A stretch of DNA of 63,853 nucleotides, counting the filler, from Vannella sp. (Eukaryota): assembly GCA_023345925.1 (NCBI GenBank). It is 6 parts of 6 records of this genome, joined end to end, with 100 filler letters (N's around TTAATTAATTAA, not from the genome) between each part and the next. Parts side by side here need not be neighbours in the genome. Positions count along the whole stretch, not along the records: positions 46,329 to 61,093 come from JAJQQN010000178.1; positions 61,194 to 63,853 come from JAJQQN010000400.1; 4 more parts are not named here. One strand, given 5' to 3'. Under the pieces are notes generated by a model that was not told the DNA's origin, did no database searches, and saw only the letters and a program-made list of their open reading frames with translations. Shown piece after piece: positions 58,201-63,853 of this stretch; the first letter of the stretch is position 1, and every line of letters begins with the position of its first letter. The translations under genes were made by a program, and so were the position numbers.

Positions 58201-61067
58201 TTGACTTCTCCTTTGTCTTCGTTAACATTGGTCCAAATGATGTCATTTATGTCAATTATGATTATAACACTGCCCAGATACAGGGCCCGACGACAACTGC
58301 TGGGGTTTTCCGTGGTAAGATCGTTACTGTTTTTTTCTCACCCAGCAGCGTTGGAACCTCTAATTCTTTCCAAATGACATACACACCGTCCGTTGCATTG
58401 ACACGCGCCCCCCTTTTCGCACTATGTAGTGGAGTTGCGCAATACTCCTTTGGCGGACCCAGCGGAGTGTTTGGATGTGACAGCTATGACAATAATGCAA
58501 ACGTCCGCTTTACTCCACAGAATCCTCGAGAACGATATGTTATAACTTACTTTTACTTATCATTAGAATTTTGTTGTGATCGCCTCTATGAGGAAAAAAT
58601 CACTGGAACATACTCCCTTCTATCTACCTATGATGGAGCTTCGACTCCTCCTCCAAGTTCTATCAGAGATGCTTCTGTTAGGCTACGAAGCGATTACAGT
58701 CAAACGGTATTTGGCTTTAGTGCTTCTTATCAAAGGTACCAGCCAGCTCCTTACGAATTCTGTGCCGAAGGTGATACCTTTTTGGATCTTCCTACTACTA
58801 CGGGGACATTCGGCTGTAACTCTTACGAGAATTTTGCTGATATAACGTGGCGAATGACCAGTCAAGAGAAATTGCTATTCACGTTCATTTACTTTTCCAC
58901 AGAAGTGAACTACGACTTTCTGACAGTCTTCGGAGTGGATCCTAATGGGATACCTGTCATCTTATTTAGGTACTCTGGTGTGCTTGCCTTAGCCCCGATA
59001 AGTGGCAAGAATCTGACCTTCTTGTTCCATTCGGATGGGAGTGTCTTGTCTACTGGCTTCCAAATCTCTTATGGTCCAGTTCCTTCTTCTTCAAGTAGGA
59101 CACCAAGCTGTACCTCAAGCGTGACTGCATCTCCTTCTACAAGCTCTACTAGTTCCTCCACTTCAAGCGTTTCTCCTTCTTCCAGTGGGACGCCAAGCTC
59201 ATCCCCAAGTGTGACTGCATCTCCTTCTACAAGCTCAACCAGTTCCCCCACTTCAAGCGTTTCTTCTTCACAGTCAGAAACAACCTCTAGCAGTCCGACT
59301 ACAAGTGTAACCGGCTCAATCACATCAAGCCCTTCAACTTCTGGATCGCCTACAGCTTCATCAAGTGCTACCAGTAGTACAAGTCCATCTGCTACAGTAT
59401 CAGCAACAACCACTGCGTCTTATTCCTCGAGCACAACAGCTTCTCTTTCAACTAGCCAAACGAATTCACCTTCTAACTCGGAGTCTAGCTCTCAAACCTC
59501 TTCAGAAACGGCCACCAAATCTACTTCTGGAACGGTTTCTGCATCAAATTCAGACTCCTTTTCTCCCACTGTAACTGTTAGCGAGAGCGCATCTACATCA
59601 ATGAGCCCAAGTTCGTCGATTTCTGTGTCAGAGACAAGCTCTATAACGCCGTCCTGTAGCAGTAGCCCTTCTGAATCTCTTTCAGAAACACAGACGGGCT
59701 CTACTACCCCATCTTCCAGCGGTAGCCCTTCTGAGACCCGGAGTGAATCTCCTTCATCGACAGAGACGCCTTCCAGTTCTCCATCAGAGACAGTCTCCCC
59801 GTCAGAAACGAGCACTTCTTCTTCTTCTCCCAGTATTAGTGCAAGTCCTTCCTTCACTCCAACTGCATCAAAGACAAGCTCACCATCTTCCTCTCCATCT
59901 CAAACTATCACAAACTCTCCCTCACGGGCAATCAATCGCTCTTCATTGGGGTCTGGATCTTCGTTGATATCCCCGTCTTCTTCAATATCAGAAACCTCCA
60001 CTGGCATCATCAACAACTCATTTATTCTTAGTTCGAGCCCAACAGTCACTGTTCCTCCCGAACTGGCTTCGCCTTCTATTGAGCAGTCTCCAGCCCCATC
60101 TGATACATCTTCCATGTCTTTCAGTATCTCCAGCGCCCCTTCCATATCTGCAGCTTCTGATAGTACCAGTCCCAGCCCCGAGAGTCAGCTATCTTCAATC
60201 TCTCAGTCGATGTCCTTGTCCCCTTTGAGTGAACCCTCGTTAGTTTCTCCGGCAACTGTTGAGTCAACTTCCATTCCCTCTTCTTCCGAAATGCCTTCTT
60301 CCACCGAATTGCCTTCTGTTAGCTTGGCAGCGGTTCCCAGAGTGACGGCAGCGATTGATGCATGCAATGATGAAAACTCTTGCGATACCGGTGGTATTCT
60401 TATCTCCTTTGGCACTGAAGCTACCCTTCCTCCAGGCACTAGTCCCAGTCCCAGTCCCTCCCGCGGAGCTGAGCCCACACCCTTTATCGTGAACCTAGTA
60501 ACTGATCAAGGTGTGACAGTTGGAAGTGTCAGTTTGCCTCCCAGTATTACCGATTCGGGAGGTCAACTGCAAGCGAACTTTGTCTCTGTCAATAGCACTT
60601 CACTTCTCCCTAATCCTGGAGGAGTGGGTGCCGTTATTCTTGATCTTTCTCTGACTGACTCCAATGGAGAGGCGGTCACTCAACTTCAAGAGCCCATCGA
60701 GATCTGCTTTGACGCGCCAAACAATAAGAAAGGCAAAGGGGACTCTCTTTGTCTCGGCTTCTTTGATGTGAAGAAGAATCGCTGGCAATGCCAAGATCCT
60801 TGCTTGAAGCAACAGAACGGCACATTCTGTGGCCAAACCGATCACTTGACATCATTTGCTCTGCTCCTCCAAGGAGCAGGCAAAACAGATCCCTGTGCGT
60901 CAGACTCAACCGGCCGAGTGCTCGTTTGGCTTTCACTAGCCTTTGTGTGTGTCGCCATCATCGCTGTGCTTGTGGGAGTGGTCATTATTGAGATCCGGCA
61001 TCGAGCAATCGTCCACCGCAGAAATCAATCTTTCTCCAAATTGGGAAAACTCACTTATTCCACTTAA
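55290..61067 (+). CDS. 1925-aa intronless type I membrane protein: signal peptide, 11 CUB-like repeats, Ser/Thr mucin stalk, GPS-like module, single TM
   Basis: Signal MRRGVVGLLFLLLAYAES; 11 units with (F/L)GC, several with E..(C/Y/F)D and F.SD....GF; long S/T/P tract; WQCQDPCL..CGQTDHLTSFALLL; TM VLVWLSLAFVCVAIIAVLVGVVII; short basic tail. Confidence 0.9.
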   Translation: MRRGVVGLLFLLLAYAESQYVPCLTGTNFFVPTSPNGALGCSSYEDASLVEWDVQSPSSMDFIFRLFATEACCDVLEVIDGSSNEVLGTFRGNEVPPPFRSRHLRFRFTSDETLAASGFQVNYYPPTEYSFCFGAFNHTMGANGRLGCDGSAPGTLIEWLYPPGPDGFFSIHSVLNPFQGVLQLLQLDLSGNVVRELQPDWRSKPVVLTGNNLLLRFTFSYSASVSFYVDYGPLTDTGSPNTPCVPDYLQVTLPPGSGSFGCAGYQDNTARTWTHSSSHAVYTINAFAIDFSDRLIVSTLDSSAGILKIEQILTSAVAPVVLTGNYFFHFVADQVGSTGGFQVSYSDYTPVLNAACTTGSEVFLLTGSSGVFGCPSFGTSIVREWKLSLPQLSFFKFDSFDLGNCCGNSLTIYRLLSNGKYELLHNYYYGSTLPPGVVGEKDVLVRFTTGGANLGGIGFSISYFPFDTAPLSICRSGSFSHNLADPRGSFGCNSYEVEATVSWQKSNSVLTSYSMYYIGITECCDVIQAIQKNPDGSIRFVQTLSGANLIQQRFKGSNLQIKFASNQTGNGYGFNGIYSEVVYSLTPPFSRCMAGNTDYVLTDMTGSFGCDGYENLALVEWEYQSSTPAAFTFSFLSLEASFDFLQVYRIEPQGQRTLLNTYNGIITPLGRIVGDNLAFFFRSDGSVTPLGFRIDYAPFTSYYDACSSQSVPARIRLPVGSNYFGCSSYENSAVVEWILDSGNNLSGLSIDLINSEITDSITVFSVNEYGLTSLQSYSGATNYPLDRFFGKSFLIRFKSDASTTYSGFLMKYEPASFSTAMFGACSSSGYFTINPETTSFGCFGYDNGVSREWHYESSQDRTFEFRSFSTESFYDPVSVFSVSGAGIRTLLGSYTGATLPTQVFTGKQLVFRFTADASVIQSGFEIVVKNPFLPCDSSRQYSLAQPSGIFGCDGYVSSVALSWSLSSDTPFDFSFVFVNIGPNDVIYVNYDYNTAQIQGPTTTAGVFRGKIVTVFFSPSSVGTSNSFQMTYTPSVALTRAPLFALCSGVAQYSFGGPSGVFGCDSYDNNANVRFTPQNPRERYVITYFYLSLEFCCDRLYEEKITGTYSLLSTYDGASTPPPSSIRDASVRLRSDYSQTVFGFSASYQRYQPAPYEFCAEGDTFLDLPTTTGTFGCNSYENFADITWRMTSQEKLLFTFIYFSTEVNYDFLTVFGVDPNGIPVILFRYSGVLALAPISGKNLTFLFHSDGSVLSTGFQISYGPVPSSSSRTPSCTSSVTASPSTSSTSSSTSSVSPSSSGTPSSSPSVTASPSTSSTSSPTSSVSSSQSETTSSSPTTSVTGSITSSPSTSGSPTASSSATSSTSPSATVSATTTASYSSSTTASLSTSQTNSPSNSESSSQTSSETATKSTSGTVSASNSDSFSPTVTVSESASTSMSPSSSISVSETSSITPSCSSSPSESLSETQTGSTTPSSSGSPSETRSESPSSTETPSSSPSETVSPSETSTSSSSPSISASPSFTPTASKTSSPSSSPSQTITNSPSRAINRSSLGSGSSLISPSSSISETSTGIINNSFILSSSPTVTVPPELASPSIEQSPAPSDTSSMSFSISSAPSISAASDSTSPSPESQLSSISQSMSLSPLSEPSLVSPATVESTSIPSSSEMPSSTELPSVSLAAVPRVTAAIDACNDENSCDTGGILISFGTEATLPPGTSPSPSPSRGAEPTPFIVNLVTDQGVTVGSVSLPPSITDSGGQLQANFVSVNSTSLLPNPGGVGAVILDLSLTDSNGEAVTQLQEPIEICFDAPNNKKGKGDSLCLGFFDVKKNRWQCQDPCLKQQNGTFCGQTDHLTSFALLLQGAGKTDPCASDSTGRVLVWLSLAFVCVAIIAVLVGVVIIEIRHRAIVHRRNQSFSKLGKLTYST

Positions 61068-61093
61068 TTCTAAATCGTTTTAGTCCACTGAGA

Positions 61094-61193
61094 NNNNNNN
61101 NNNNNNNNNNNNNNNNNNNNNNNNNNNNNNNNNNNNNTTAATTAATTAANNNNNNNNNNNNNNNNNNNNNNNNNNNNNNNNNNNNNNNNNNNN
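61094..61193. other. Artificial contig-join spacer
   Basis: N44-TTAATTAATTAA-N44. Confidence 0.99.
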
Positions 61194-61450
61194 GGGAGAA
61201 CCTGACAAGCTCTCGCTACAACTCGAGGAAGGCGTTGCTGACTTGCTGATTGTGAACTGGAAAAGGAAAAACTATCACTGCTGCTCAAAGAGGTCGCAGA
61301 AGAGGTGGGGCTGATGCTACAGGAAGAGGCAGCTGAAGCTGTTTGACTCGCGACGGGAGAACTTGACCAGCTTCCACTGGTGCTCACTGAGTCCCAGGTG
61401 GGAACGTGACCCCCTTTGCCACTTCTGCTCCTTTTCGCGGATATCTATAG

Positions 61451-61875
61451 ATCCGCGATGCGTCTTGTGAGTTTGAGTTGATGGCGACGGACTTTGAGCT
61501 TTCGGGATTGTTCCCACCCCCTGCAACCTTTGATACGGTTCAAGAGCGCTTCTCTTTGTGGTCGTACCTTCATTCCTGTGCAGTTTGGACTGAGTACGGT
61601 CCAATGGGATGAGGCTACTCACTCGTACCATGTTCGATCCGTTAACTTCAACATTCACCCGCGTGGGGAAGGCGCTTGCTTCCTCTCCGATCTCGCCTCT
61701 CTCCAGTTCCTCTTCCAACCACTTCAACTTCAACAAGCTATTTGCGCAAGGTATCCCCTTCTTCTCTCGCGAGAAGGAGGCCGCCCAAGAGGAGGCTGAC
61801 GACGAATCAATTTATGACTGCAACTTCACATCCACTGAGACGAAGCGATACCCAACTGCATTTCACTCTCTTTGA
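61451..61875 (+). pseudogene. PARN/CAF1-family (DEDD) deadenylase relic with two frameshifts
   Basis: First segment LMATDFELSGL..FDTVQERF; after a frameshift FIPVQFGLSTVQWD..YHVRSVNFNIHP..SLQFL; after a second frameshift SNHFNFNKLFAQGIPF, then an early stop. Order and spacing match the PARN N-terminus. Confidence 0.7.
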
Positions 61876-61954
61876 AGATGTGCGCTGTAAAAAACTGATT
61901 CTCCTCGGCTCGCGGATTCTCCTCATTTGCAATCAATTACCAAGAGGCGGTGTC

Positions 61955-62623
61955 TCATTGCCTTCGGGTGGGAACGTTCGTAAAATGGATAAGAGATCCA
62001 TCATAGTCCTCCTCCCACATTCGACAGCCGTCCAAAAGCATTGCCAGCACAAAGGCATGGCCAAGAATCATCTTATGATTGTAAAGTACCTTTTGGTAAC
62101 TTCCCAAAGCCCTTTGGGAGTCGTGTCCATCAAAGTCCAGTAAGACCAGGAACCGCCCTTCCTTGACCGCTTTCTGATGAAGGCATTCCAATCGCCGCCA
62201 CGCTTTGGTGGGTTGAACGGCGTTGGTATAAAGAGGAGCGTAGATTCTCATTCTGGCTTCGATATAACCCAGATGCTGACCCTTCCAAAGAGAGTAAAGA
62301 GGCTTTGTTCCTCGACCTTGAGGAAATCGATTCGCTTTTGGATTGTTCCAGCCAGATTGAGCCCACGCCAAGTAGGATGGTAGGGGCTCCTGATTTGCAT
62401 CTGCCATTTGTTCATACACCTTGCAGTACTGCCAGGCGTTCTCCATCGTCTTGGAGGTATGACCATCGTAAAGATCAATGGGGCCCAAGTGAAATGGACT
62501 CAGCTCCTTCGTCCAAGCCTCCTTCGATCGCGAGGTGACATCCACCACAATCGAACCTTCTGGTACAGCATCCTTGCGCCCCAAAACCAAGACCCAAGAG
62601 AGGCCATGCTCCATGGCAGTCAT
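61955..62623 (-). CDS. DUF6939-like protein, intronless
   Basis: VVDVTSRS..W..LSPF, ENAWQYCKVY, LGYIEARMRIYAPLY, LVLLDFD, GHAFVLA resemble the DUF6939 pattern, recalled from memory. Confidence 0.7.
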   Translation of the reverse strand: MTAMEHGLSWVLVLGRKDAVPEGSIVVDVTSRSKEAWTKELSPFHLGPIDLYDGHTSKTMENAWQYCKVYEQMADANQEPLPSYLAWAQSGWNNPKANRFPQGRGTKPLYSLWKGQHLGYIEARMRIYAPLYTNAVQPTKAWRRLECLHQKAVKEGRFLVLLDFDGHDSQRALGSYQKVLYNHKMILGHAFVLAMLLDGCRMWEEDYDGSLIHFTNVPTRRQ

Positions 62624-62817
62624 CCTCCAAAGAATGAGAAAAAAAGGAGAATGCCCACCTAAATCCCAGCTTCCATCGTAATGAGAAGAAATCGGGAAAG
62701 CTCCTCGTAAATCTTTTTCTCCAATTCATAAGTGAAGAATTTTTGGCGGGAAAATGGGACTCTGAGTGGACTAACCGTTAATAGTTGGGTTATTGTTTGT
62801 TGGTTTCTCCTTGGAGG

Positions 62818-63853
62818 ATGGGTATCAAAGGGTTGAAAAGAGTCATTGCGGATAATGCACCGGAGTCTATTAAGGAGAATGCTCTTCCCTCTTACTTTGG
62901 AAGAGCGATTGCCATTGATGCGTCCATGTTCTTGTACTCCTTCTTGGTGGCTATTCGTTCGGGGGAGCAGTCCTTTAGTCTAACAGATGCAAGCGGTGAG
63001 ACGACAAGGTGAGGGAGCCCTCTTGGACACCTTCTTCGGGACTGATTTGGCGGCAAAGTCACTTGCAAGGGCTCTTTAACCGAACCATTCGTCTTCTGGA
63101 ATGCGGGATCAAGCCAGTGTATGTCTTTGATGGCAAACCACCTACTCTTAAGTCAGGAGAGCTCGCCAAGCGCGGGGATAGAAAGCGAGTGGCACAAGAA
63201 AAGCTCACTGCTGCCCAAGAAGCTGGCGACCAGGAGGAGGTTGCCAAGATGATGAAGCAAACAGTCAAGGTCACTCGCCTGCACAACGAAGAGAGCAAGA
63301 AGCTCCTGCGCCTTCTTGGTGTGCCGGTAGTCGAGGTAACCTTCTCCATTTCCTCTCCTTTTCAGCTTAATTCTCACACAAAGAAGGCTCCATCGGAAGC
63401 CGAGGCACAATGTGCTGAGCTCTGCAAGAAGGGAAAGGTCTGGGCTACTGCTACAGAGGATATGGATGCCTTAACACTGGGCACTCCCCTCCTTCTTCGC
63501 CATGTGACTGTTTCCGAGTCCAAGAAGATTCCCATTCACGAGATCGACCTCAAGCAAGTGCTACAAGGTCTAGAATTTACCAATGACCAGTTCATTGACC
63601 TCTGTATCCTCCTGGGCTGTGATTACTCCGAGTCCATAAGAGGAATCGGACCCAAACGCGCTGTGGAGCTCATTCGAACGCACGGCAACATTGAGACTAT
63701 TCTGGAGAATTTGGATCCAGAGAAATACCCTTTGCCAGTCCCTTTCCCTTACAAAGAGGCTCGAGAACTGTTCCTCTCACCGGAAGTGACAGATGGCAAT
63801 GAAATTGACCTCCAGTGGAGTGCTCCTGACGAACCGGCTCTGTTGGAGTATCT
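62818..63853 (+). CDS. FEN1: Flap endonuclease 1, 3'-truncated by window end
   Basis: [71 protein letters not shown]. Confidence 0.97.

Noticed and set aside
59080..60330. Ser/Thr-rich repetitive DNA as a satellite or mobile element
   Set aside because: It is in-frame mucin-like stalk coding sequence of the CUB receptor.
61955..63853. DUF6939-like gene plus FEN1 as a functional DNA-repair module
   Set aside because: Only adjacency supports it, and nearly all genes here are equally close. It would need conserved synteny.

Overview
This window is eukaryotic, not prokaryotic. It is a very gene-dense protist genome made of six unrelated contig pieces joined by artificial 100-nt N/TTAATTAATTAA/N spacers. 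Genes carry short introns (mostly about 45-55 nt), and many intergenic gaps are under 100 nt. Gene content points to an amoebozoan (inference): a non-EF-hand NADPH oxidase, an RCC1+inositol 5-phosphatase fusion like Dictyostelium Dd5P2, a two-domain WRKY factor, NELF-B, a spherulin-4/GH135 protein, a CLU-domain/LRR protein and a globular-domain-less H1-like protein. About 35 coding genes or fragments are supported, including housekeeping genes (AsnRS, DLST, AP1G1, TruB, uL15m, ALG1, DHX33, CHO1/PssA, FEN1). I saw no tRNA, rRNA, CRISPR array or recognisable transposon. The best leads are: (1) a 1925-aa intronless single-pass receptor with 11 CUB-like repeats and a GPS-like autoproteolysis motif (HL/TSF), with a degenerate copy of the same module in an unrelated GH135 surface protein; (2) a group-I-type WRKY gene; (3) a chlorophyll-b-reductase-like SDR in an apparently heterotrophic cell; (4) an intronless DUF6939-like gene of possible viral or bacterial origin; (5) a DYDGD-type cellular RdRP; (6) a frameshifted PARN-like relic; (7) unusual splice grammar (GC-AG introns, AAG acceptors, a 12-nt micro-exon in a Walker A motif). 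All homology calls come from motif recognition by eye, with no database search. Exon boundaries were inferred manually.
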